Source: Candidatus Hydrogenedentota bacterium
GTDB taxonomy: Bacteria; Hydrogenedentota; Hydrogenedentia; Hydrogenedentales; JAEUWI01
Direction of reading: 5' to 3'
NCBI GenBank assembly: GCA_034669905.1
Contig: JAXMOL010000013.1
Coordinates: 81,862-145,861 of the forward strand
DNA length: 64,000 nt
A program made the translations under genes and the position numbers. This document shows, piece by piece, positions 1 through 8,800 of the stretch (position 1 is its first letter; the number at the start of each line of letters is the position of its first letter). Below the pieces are notes generated by a model, which had not been told where the DNA came from, did no database searches, and saw only the letters and a list, made by a program, of their open reading frames with translations.

Positions 1-323
1 GTGGCGATTTTGGTGTACTTCTTCGCCCGCTGCTTGGCCTCATCCATGATTTCGCGGGGGACGAGGCAGCTATCGACTACGGCGAAGGCCAGGGTCGTGT
101 CGCCATCATCCAGCACGAGGCAACGGACGTGGATTTCGTCGTGGATACCGGCAACCTTGCGGTCGTTCATATAGCCCACGATGGAGAGGCCCAGCCAGGG
201 GCTGATATTTGTTTTGGCGACGCCCGCCTTGAAGACTTTTTCCGGCTCTTGGGCGGATGTGGATAAGACGGGCGCGAGGAGGCCGAGTAGCACGAGCATG
301 CCGATACGGAGAAGTTTGTTCAT
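1..323 (-). CDS. Secreted neutral/alkaline ceramidase-like hydrolase, N-terminal part (truncated by window edge)
   Basis: Manual translation from ATG at 323 gives MNKLLRIGMLVLLGLLAPVLSTSAQEPEKVFKAGVAKTNISPW...HDEIHVRCLVLDDG...VDSC. This is a signal peptide plus the same N-terminus as the paralogs at 850 and 3928. Confidence 0.8.
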   Translation of the reverse strand, partial: MNKLLRIGMLVLLGLLAPVLSTSAQEPEKVFKAGVAKTNISPWLGLSIVGYMNDRKVAGIHDEIHVRCLVLDDGDTTLAFAVVDSCLVPREIMDEAKQRAKKYTKIA

Positions 324-490
324 GAAATAGAATCCTTACAGGTTAAAGCATAGTTAATCCATCGGTGCTGCCGTTCTGGCGAGTTCTTCCGATGTTGGCC
401 CAGCCAACGTGATTTTTGCCGTATAGCAAAATACGAAGGTCGAAGCGCTCTTGCCCCGCTGGGACTCGTTTCGGTTTGTGAAGGTGCGCC

Positions 491-675
491 AAAGTGGGTT
501 AGCCTTCCAGGCTGACGTAAGGTGTCTACGACGTACCAGAAAGCGTTAGGTCGTAGAACGCCCGCTATCCAATTCCAGCGGTTACTCGTGGCGTCCCGCC
601 CCGCAGGACGGTTTGAGCGAGTGACGTGACTGGTCACAGACGCGCCGGAGGTGGGCTGGAAGCCTATCCCATTTT
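491..675. repeat. Degenerate inverted pair of GTGG-tagged REP-like palindromes
   Basis: gtgggttagccttccaggctgac at 494-516 has 2 mismatches to the copy at 5582. A degenerate inverted partner gggctggaagcctatcccatttt lies at ~653-675. Confidence 0.55.
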
Positions 676-720
676 AGCCAACCTGCGTATCGTCGCGTTT
701 CACCTGTATGGACGGACCGT

Positions 721-750
721 ATTCGTGTAAATTTGTGTCCATTCGTGGTT
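721..750. repeat. 10-bp periodic ATTCGTG repeat
   Basis: attcgtgtaa atttgtgtcc attcgtggtt is the same motif as 60201-60230 and, inverted, 59332-59361. Confidence 0.7.
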
Positions 751-849
751 TCAAATCTTTGGTTGCGGCTATGCAGCGATGGGCTACGATACGTCGCCCA
801 CTTCGTGCACTTTGCCGCGGACAAGAGAGTCCGCGATCCTGCCCTATGT

Positions 850-2274
850 TTATTGTTTCAATTCGTTCAGCAACCCCAAGATCGTTTCCTGGATCACATT
901 GGCGGCGGTAACCTCCAGGCGGCTGGATTTGGCCCGCCAGGTTTCATAGCCGCCCAGGGCGTGCTGGGCTTCGGTGGGAAGATAGCCGTTGTAGCCATTC
1001 GCCAACTCGATGGTGAAGCTCTTCTCGAAGGGGGTTTCGGCTTTGATGGCGAGTCCAATCTCCACGAAAGTTTCACAGGGAATGGCAGCAATGCCCAGAT
1101 CACCAATCTGGAAGGCCTGAAGGATCAGGTCTTCCGTGTCGGGGAATTCGGCAAGATCCACCGTACAGTTGGCATAGTATTCCTGGAAGGTGTTGAGCTT
1201 ACGATTTTCGCTTTGGGCTTTCGCGAGAATGGCCTTCGCTTCTTCTACTTCTTCGGAGGTGGGTTTCCGGATGCCGAGGGTGACTTCTTTCTGAACGGCA
1301 TTCAACGGTACCCAGTCCTGGAACGCGATGTAGCTATAGGCGCGCAGCACCTCGGCGGCCACTTTGTTGCCGACGATATTCATCTGCTCGCCCGTGGCCC
1401 GCTTTTCACCTCGTACCGCGAAGTTGACGTTGTTAATGTCGCCGCTCGTACCGTTGGACATGGACGCCACGAATTGGTCGTCCGCTCCCAGGAGTTCGGC
1501 GATGCGCTTGGCAAAGACGCCGAAGTAGTCGCCAGAAACCCCGGGGATGCCCCCCACGTAGTGGAGGGAGTAATTGGCGAGGAGGGCGAGGGGCTTGCCG
1601 TCGAGGGTCTCGAAGGCGAGGATGGCAACTTCGGGGTCTATGGGGCCAGCGGGCTTAATGAGATTCTCACTGGCCCGGGGTGGATTCATCTGAACCTTGT
1701 CGTCACGGGTGCCGAAGGGATTCTCCCGCACCGTGCCTTCCTTCATATGCCAGCGACGGTTGAATACCTCATCGGGCACGGAACCGCTGCCCCAGCCAAT
1801 TCTGGCGGGGACGCGATTCTGCCACGCCCGCGTGATGCCATCGGCGATGCGACGGCTCACGAAGGTGGTGTATTCCGGGTCGGGGTCCGACTGGAAGACG
1901 TGGGCACAGGTGCCTGCGGTGTGGCTGTGGGTGGCCGCAACGAGCATGTTGGTCGTGGGGATACCCGTGGCCGCGCTGGCCCGTTCCTTGGCTCCATCCA
2001 CAATGGGCCGCTCGATCATGCAGCAGTCCACGAGTGAGATGGTCAGGAGATTGTCCCCATCATCCATCACGATGGAACGGACAAAGAGTTCGTCCGTGAT
2101 CACCGTGGCGGTGCGGTCCGTCATACTGCCGGCGAGCGACGTGCCAAACCAGGGCGTGATATTGCTGGTGGAGGCACCGGCCTTGAAGACCTTCGCGCCT
2201 TCTTCCTGGGCGACGGCCCAGGGCGTAAGCGCGAGGGTCAGTGCCATCAGTGACCATGTAGCGATGGGTTTCAT
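850..2274 (-). CDS. Secreted neutral/alkaline ceramidase-like hydrolase
   Basis: 474 aa with a signal peptide and the motifs FKAGASTSNITP, ATHSHT (metal motif), NRRW, NYSLHY, SGDY, GTSGDIN, YLPT...GGYE. Confidence 0.8.
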   Translation of the reverse strand: MKPIATWSLMALTLALTPWAVAQEEGAKVFKAGASTSNITPWFGTSLAGSMTDRTATVITDELFVRSIVMDDGDNLLTISLVDCCMIERPIVDGAKERASAATGIPTTNMLVAATHSHTAGTCAHVFQSDPDPEYTTFVSRRIADGITRAWQNRVPARIGWGSGSVPDEVFNRRWHMKEGTVRENPFGTRDDKVQMNPPRASENLIKPAGPIDPEVAILAFETLDGKPLALLANYSLHYVGGIPGVSGDYFGVFAKRIAELLGADDQFVASMSNGTSGDINNVNFAVRGEKRATGEQMNIVGNKVAAEVLRAYSYIAFQDWVPLNAVQKEVTLGIRKPTSEEVEEAKAILAKAQSENRKLNTFQEYYANCTVDLAEFPDTEDLILQAFQIGDLGIAAIPCETFVEIGLAIKAETPFEKSFTIELANGYNGYLPTEAQHALGGYETWRAKSSRLEVTAANVIQETILGLLNELKQ

Positions 2275-2277
2275 CGT

Positions 2278-3633
2278 CTACTGGTCCTTTGCCAATTCGT
2301 GGACCGTGTTCATAATCGTTTCTTCGACGGAGGTCGTCAGGGGACCATGGACACCGTAGTAAAGCATGGCACCGCCGCCTTCATATCCGCCCTCTTTGAG
2401 TACGCGAAGGGAGGGGATGTAGGCGGGACAGCCGTTGGTGTAGCCCATGACGAATTGCTTCTCTTTGGGGTAGTGGTGCTTGATGAGGAGACTGTAGTCC
2501 ACCGTGACCTCGCCACTCAGGGCCGTCAACTGCACGTCTTCGCCAAACTTCCATACCTGAACGGCCTGTGGGAGGGTGGTCGGAAGCTTTCCTTCCGTCT
2601 CGTATTGCCGTTTCATCTTCTTGGCGCGTCGCACGACATACTTGTTGTCGCTCTCAAGCTGCTTTTCGACTTCTTCCCTGGTGGGGGCTTCCGTCAGGGC
2701 GAGGGGGACGACTTTGTAGCGGCCGGTAATCGGGCCGCTCACGGGCGTCATGGTGCCATTGATCACGGCGGCCACGGCGTCTCCCAATTCCTTGCCATAC
2801 TTCTCGGCCAGCTCAATCTTGCGGCGGGGCAGGGGATTCTGGTCGCCGCCACAGCCCTGGGCGAAAAGGGCCGTCGCGCCGGGGAAGGCCTTTTCGATTT
2901 CTATCTGGGCAAAGCCCGCATAGTCACCGTTAAACTGTTGGAGGTCCGTGACCGTGTTGTGGCAGGCATAGCCGAAGAGAATACCGCGAATCTTTCCGTC
3001 GGCGTCTTTGGCCACCAGCGTCGGTACGTCGTTGTCCACCGGCCCGATCGGGTTGTAATCGTTACTTACGCCACCGGCCGTGTACTTGCGCCGGTTCTTA
3101 CCGAAGGTGGCTTCCCCGATACCCCAGCTGAGCGAGCCGGGCTGGAGGTCGGCGACGGCCTCATCGATGACCTGTTCGAGGAGTCCGCTCAGGTGCTTCG
3201 TGTAGGCTGCGGCGCGCTCTTGCTCGATGCCTTCGAGGCCATAGGTGATATGGAGGCCGTCATTGTCGACCACGGGGCTACAGTGGGTGTGGGAGGCGTT
3301 GAAGAGAATATTGGCCCGGGGGATGCCGTGTTTAGCTTCCACCGCCTGGGCGATGGGCTCGGTGACATTCATGTAGAAGCCGATGAGATCCGCCGTCACG
3401 ATGACAAACGTGGCGCCCGTTTCGTCTTCCACCGCCAGGGCTTTGGCCCAGATGTCGTGGAGCGCACTTTCGCCCGCCTCCGTGCGCGAAGCGTAGCCCG
3501 CCAGCCAAACAGGGCTCTGTGGGGTGATGACCACCCGTCCGATTCCGATTTTCATGGCTTCTGCAGTTCCCATGGGGATCAGGAGTGCGCCGAGGAGCGC
3601 GATCAGGATACCCGATTTGATTCGATTTAACAC
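2278..3633 (-). CDS. Secreted neutral/alkaline ceramidase-like hydrolase (more divergent subfamily)
   Basis: 451 aa with a signal peptide and the motifs ITP..LAGYASR, ASHTHC, YACHNT, GDYAG, GCGGDQNP, YIPS...GGYEG. Confidence 0.8.
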   Translation of the reverse strand: MLNRIKSGILIALLGALLIPMGTAEAMKIGIGRVVITPQSPVWLAGYASRTEAGESALHDIWAKALAVEDETGATFVIVTADLIGFYMNVTEPIAQAVEAKHGIPRANILFNASHTHCSPVVDNDGLHITYGLEGIEQERAAAYTKHLSGLLEQVIDEAVADLQPGSLSWGIGEATFGKNRRKYTAGGVSNDYNPIGPVDNDVPTLVAKDADGKIRGILFGYACHNTVTDLQQFNGDYAGFAQIEIEKAFPGATALFAQGCGGDQNPLPRRKIELAEKYGKELGDAVAAVINGTMTPVSGPITGRYKVVPLALTEAPTREEVEKQLESDNKYVVRRAKKMKRQYETEGKLPTTLPQAVQVWKFGEDVQLTALSGEVTVDYSLLIKHHYPKEKQFVMGYTNGCPAYIPSLRVLKEGGYEGGGAMLYYGVHGPLTTSVEETIMNTVHELAKDQ

Positions 3634-3884
3634 GTTGGAATTCCTCCATTCAATTTAAGTGCGCCTGAATGTACAAAAATCAGTAGCGCAAAACGTTAAG
3701 GGAAGATGGTACACCATGGTGAAGGGGATGTCACGTTCGGATGCTACGCGCCCCATGGGTTCAGCGGCTCTTGAGAAGCCTTCTACGGCGCGTCGTGGAC
3801 GTGGCACGGAGCGAACATCTAGAACAGATCTCCAAAAGGAGACACGCGGCTGAGGCATGGTTGTACTTCAGGTCGCTGGACACC

Positions 3885-3911
3885 ACGTGTCAGCCGGGAC
3901 GGCCAACCCAC
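3885..3911 (-). repeat. GTGG-tagged REP-like palindrome
   Basis: acgtgtcagccgggacggccaacccac is the reverse complement of 5582-5608 with 1 mismatch. Confidence 0.75.
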
Positions 3912-3927
3912 TGGAAGCACAGGACGT

Positions 3928-5346
3928 TCAGCGTGTGGCGACATCCTTCAAGAGCTCCAGTATCGTCTCCTGGATGATAGTGGCGGCCTTTACTTCCAGG
4001 TAGGTCGATTTGGAGTTCCAGGTTTCGTAGCCGCCGAGGGCATGCTGCCGTTCGGTGGGGAGGTAGCCGTTGTAGCCATTGGCAAGCTCCATGGTAAAGG
4101 TCTGCTTGAAGGGCGATTGGGCTTTGATGGCGAGGCCCATCTCGGCGAAGACTTCACAGGGGATGGCGGCGATACCCAGATCGCCAATCTTCAGGGATTG
4201 GAGAATCAGGTCGACGCGGTCGGGGTAGGTCGTCAGGTCCACCGTGCAATTGGCCATGACTTCGGTCAGTCCCTTCAGGGGGCGCTTCTCCGCCTTTGCT
4301 TTGGCGAGTAGACTGCGGGCGCGTTCCACTTCCTCGGGCGAAGGTTTCCGCACGCCCAGATCGATCTCGGTCTGCACCGCGCCAAGGGGCACCCAGTCGT
4401 GAAAGGTGAGGTCGCCGTAAGCGCGGTAGACTTCGGCGGCTACCTTGTTGGCCACGATGTTAATTTGTTCGAAGGGTGCCTGCTTCTTTCGCGGTTCCCG
4501 GAAGTTGATGTTGTTGATGTCGCCGCTGGTGCCGTTCGACATGGTGGCCACGAAGCCCGTGTCTTTTGCGCCGAGGAGTTCGGCGATACGATTGGCGAAG
4601 ACCGCGAAGTAATCGGCCGATACGCCTTTGACACCGCCCACGTAGTGGAGGGAGTAGTTCGCCAGCAGGGCGAGGGGGGTGCCGTCCCGGGTTTCCAAGG
4701 CGAGAAAAGCCACTTCGGGGTCCGTGGGGCCGGCGGGCTCGATGAGATCTTCACTGGCGCGCGGTGGATTCATCTTGACCTTGTCGGTGGTACCGCCGAA
4801 GGGATTGGGCGGGATGGTGCCTTCCTTCATGTACCAGCGCCGATTGTGGACTTCATCGGGTACGGACCCGGAACCCCAACCGATACGGGCCGGTACTCGT
4901 TTTTTCCAGGCCAGCGTGATGGCATCGCCGATGCGCCGGCTCACGAACTCGGTGTAGTCCGGGTTGGGCGGGGACTGCTTGATATAAGAGCACGACGCCC
5001 CCGAGTGGGTGTGGGTGGCCGCCACGAGCATGTTTTCGGTAGGAATGCCCGTGGCCGCGCTGGCCCGCGCCTTGCCCGGGTCCATGACGGAGCGGTGCAC
5101 CACGCAGCTATCCACCGTGGCGATGGCGAGGGTGTTGGTCCCGTCGTCCAGTACGATGGCGCGCACGTGGAGTTCATCGCTGATGAAGTTCACCGTGCGG
5201 TTGGACCAGCCGCCGGGCATGTTAACGCCATACCAGGGTGTGATATTGCTGGTCGCGGCACCCGCTTTGAAGACCTTTGCGGTGTCTTGCGCGAAGGCGA
5301 GGGGCGCGCTAAGAAGTAGGAGTGTCAATGAAATTCGGTAAAGCAT
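3928..5346 (-). CDS. Secreted neutral/alkaline ceramidase-like hydrolase
   Basis: Likely start at MLYRISLTLLLLSAPLAFAQ (signal peptide). Contains ATHTHS and aligns by eye along its whole length with 850..2274. Confidence 0.8.
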   Translation of the reverse strand: MLYRISLTLLLLSAPLAFAQDTAKVFKAGAATSNITPWYGVNMPGGWSNRTVNFISDELHVRAIVLDDGTNTLAIATVDSCVVHRSVMDPGKARASAATGIPTENMLVAATHTHSGASCSYIKQSPPNPDYTEFVSRRIGDAITLAWKKRVPARIGWGSGSVPDEVHNRRWYMKEGTIPPNPFGGTTDKVKMNPPRASEDLIEPAGPTDPEVAFLALETRDGTPLALLANYSLHYVGGVKGVSADYFAVFANRIAELLGAKDTGFVATMSNGTSGDINNINFREPRKKQAPFEQINIVANKVAAEVYRAYGDLTFHDWVPLGAVQTEIDLGVRKPSPEEVERARSLLAKAKAEKRPLKGLTEVMANCTVDLTTYPDRVDLILQSLKIGDLGIAAIPCEVFAEMGLAIKAQSPFKQTFTMELANGYNGYLPTERQHALGGYETWNSKSTYLEVKAATIIQETILELLKDVATR

Positions 5347-5581
5347 GAACGTTTTCCTCAAGAAAGTGCCCGGGAGAATGAATTCTCCACGCGATTTCCC
5401 ACGAGCGCGGTGATAGTTGGGAGCGCGGGTTGGTGAGTGACTGTGACAAGGGGCTCGCCTGAAGGCGTTTCCGTTTGTGGAGGTGCCCCCGTCGCCGCGC
5501 TTCACCTTATTTGTTCCAATCAATTGCCCCGTCAGGTGTGCTCTACTAAGGATAAGTCAATCGGTGGGCAGGGCGCAAACC

Positions 5582-5790
5582 GTGGGTTAGCCGTCCCGGC
5601 TGACACGTCACGTTGGAACGATATCCAGATGACTATCGCCACCATGTGGGGCGGTGTGGCTATCCGGAGGGAAAATCCACGAGGGGATACAGGGGGTATT
5701 GTTCTGTTGGTTGCATTCAGGAAACGTGGCTGGGGTGGCTTGAAATTCATGTCTTTCATCACGGCCCGTCAGCCGGGACGGCTAACCCAC
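5582..5790. repeat. REPIN-like doublet: perfect 23-bp inverted repeats around a 163-bp spacer
   Basis: gtgggttagccgtcccggctgac (5582-5604) and its exact reverse complement gtcagccgggacggctaacccac (5768-5790). Confidence 0.8.
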
Positions 5791-5826
5791 TGGATCAGCC
5801 GTCCCGGTTGGATAGGTGTTGCACCG

Positions 5827-8800
5827 CTATGGCGCGATGGTGACGTTGGATGTGGCCGTGCGCCCGTTGATGTCGATGGCATACATGCATTCGGCGTTGG
5901 CACCCGGTTGTTGGAAGGTACCCGCCGTGACCGTGCGTACGGCGTAGTAGTAACGGTGGGTACCCCCTTGAAGGTGGTCGAAGGCGGCGATGAGCCGGTC
6001 ATCCCGCACGTCGATGTAACTCGGCTGTACGCCATCCGTCTTCTTCCACGGCCCGAGGGTGTCCCCGGAGAGACGGGGATTCTCGATGTCGAGTCCACCC
6101 GGCAGCAGGTCCACAAGCACTACGTTTTTCATGTCTTCGGCACAGGTGATCTCCACGGACACGAGATAGGTTTTTCCGTGTTCCAGGGCTGCAGGGTCGA
6201 CAGGTCCACCGGGCGCTTCGAATCGACGGCTCAGTTGGATGCCGTTCGACGCGGCGTCCACGTCGGGATTGACGAGGATGCCCGCCCAACTCAGGTTCAC
6301 GTAGAGGGGCGTCGGGCCTTCGTTGGAGACGGTGTAGCGGGTGCCCGCCCCCTTGTGGGCGGCCTTAAACTGGAAGTCTCCGGTGCGTGTTTCTACGCCA
6401 TCCGGCGTGGCAATGGTCGCCTTGGCCTGGCTGACATCCCCCAGGTTTTTCTGGAGGTATTCGGACAGCGCCGTGATGACGAAGGCGGCTTCCTGGGTGG
6501 AGTAGGGGTGATTCTCCAGATACCGGATGAGCTTTTCCGCCTGGGGCTGGGTAATGGTGTCGTCCGCGCCCAAGGCCATTTGGGTCATGAGGGTAATGGC
6601 ATCATTGCGCACCGTGGAGTTGAGGGTATCTCCTTGTTCCCGCATGTCGTAGGGTTTACTCGGATGGGTGAGCAGATAGGCGATACCTTTTTCCGGGGCT
6701 TTGGTGAACTGTAACTGGGCCAGCAAGAGCCACTGGCGGGCCGTCGTGCTGATCTCCAGGGTATCCAGGCGGGTGATGTCGGCCATGACCTCGGGGTCCT
6801 GGGCGAGTGCCCGCACATAACAGGCGTAGGCATAGTTATAGAGGGACACATGCCGCTCGTCGGGATCGAGGGTGATGCGATCGCGCAGATAGGTCATGAG
6901 CCGGGCATGGGCCTCTTCGGGCACCTTGAAGGCCGGGTCTCCCTTGGCCAGGGTGAGGAAGTGGGCGGCGTAGATACTGCCGTAGGGATAGGGCTCCTGG
7001 GCTCCGGGCCAATAGCCAATGCCGCCGCTGCGGGTCTGCATGGAAAAGAGGCGATCAATACCCGACTGGATAAACTGGCGGAAGTACTGGGCGTCCCATT
7101 CGCTGCCCGCATAGCGGGCCGATTGACCCATCAGGAAGAGGGGCATGCACCGGGACGTCGTCTGTTCGAGACATCCGTGGGGGTATCCAATGACATAGTC
7201 GAGGGCCTTCTGAAGGCGGGCCAGGGGGTTGGCACTGATCAGGAGGGTGCCCTCCAGACGTGCGTTGTCCTTGAACTCCGAATTGACGAAGTCCCGCTGT
7301 TCACCGGACGGGATAACCACCAGTTCACTCCGCACCTGGTAAATGGAGGGGGCCTGAATTTTCAGGGGCGTATCCGTCTCAAAGGCATCAACCACCGCGC
7401 CCTGGGCATCCGTGCTTTCCAATTTCCAGTGGATGGTGCCCGAGCCGGGGAATTCGCCTGCCCCCAGGGGGATGGGGACCACGACTTCGTCGCCTGCCGG
7501 GATGTCCCAACTGGCGGTGAAGGCGTCGGCGACTACGGGTTCGGTGGTAGAGACCGAAAGGGTGCTCTTCAGGGGGGCGTCCGTCTTGTTTTGCAAGAGG
7601 GCCGTCGCCTGGAACGTGTCCCCCGGTGTGGCGAAGCGCGGCAGGGTCGTCTGGAGGACGACGGGACGTCGGATCACCATGTTGGCCCCCGTGCTGCCCG
7701 CTTCCGTGCCGGTGGTGGCCACGGCGACGAGGCGCACCTTACCCGCAAACTCGGGCAGCGCCATCTCGATGGTGGCCACACCCGTGGCGTCGGTCTCGAC
7801 CACGCCGGACCACAGTGCGAGGGGCTTGATCCAGTTGTCATCCACGTTGGAATCATCTTCACCCAGGCGCTTTTTGAGCAGGGCACCACCGCCGATGGGT
7901 TTGCCGGTAAAGTCATAGGCGACCTGATCGTAATAGTGGGCCCGCCGGTAGAGGGGCCGTCGTGGACGTTGAAACCAGGCCACGGGGTCGGGCGTTTCGT
8001 ATTGGAGGATTTGGTGGATGCCTTCATCCACGAGGGCGAGGGTCAATTCCGCCGCGACGGGGGTGCCGTCCGGGTTGGCCACCTGCACCGTCACGGGAAT
8101 CGTGGCGGCGGGGCGGGTCACCTTGGGAAGATCCGGCAGGGTGACCGTCAGGGCCTTGGTGGGGTCGTGCACGGGGAGGTTGACCATGGCGAAGCTCGCG
8201 TAGGGATAGGTCAACGTGGTGCCGGGTTCCACCGGGTGGATGACCGTGGTCTCCAGCCAGACATTGGGATAATGGCCCCCTTCGAGGGGCAGGCTGAGCG
8301 TGCCCACACCGTTGGTGATGGGGACCGTGATGAGCTTCTCCAGGGACTTGTGTTGGACCACTACGATGGCGTCGCCGTCGAAGGGCGAGGTGATCTGTAC
8401 CGTCGCGGTGTCGCCGATGGTGTAGGCCTTCTTGTCCGGTGTCAACGTAATAAGAGAAGGGCGGCTGGCATCGGCCAGGCGCGCCTGCCCCCGGTAAGAC
8501 CAGAAGGATTGGGTGGCATACTGGGAACTGTTCTCCCGATGGACCTTGACGCGGTAGGTGCCATAGCCTTCCGGTACGGGGACCGTTACGGTACCCACGC
8601 CGCCGCTCAGGGGGACCGTGTGGGTGCTGATGATGACAAAGTTGTCGTTCCAATTGGCTTCATTGTGGCTCGAATAGCGACGAACATAGTAGCGCCATTG
8701 CTTTTTCTCGAGCGTAACCTGGACTTTTTCCAGGGAGGCGGGCTGTCCATTGGCCCCCGTCGCAACGACGGAAACATCGACGCTGTTGCTGCCCGTGCCC

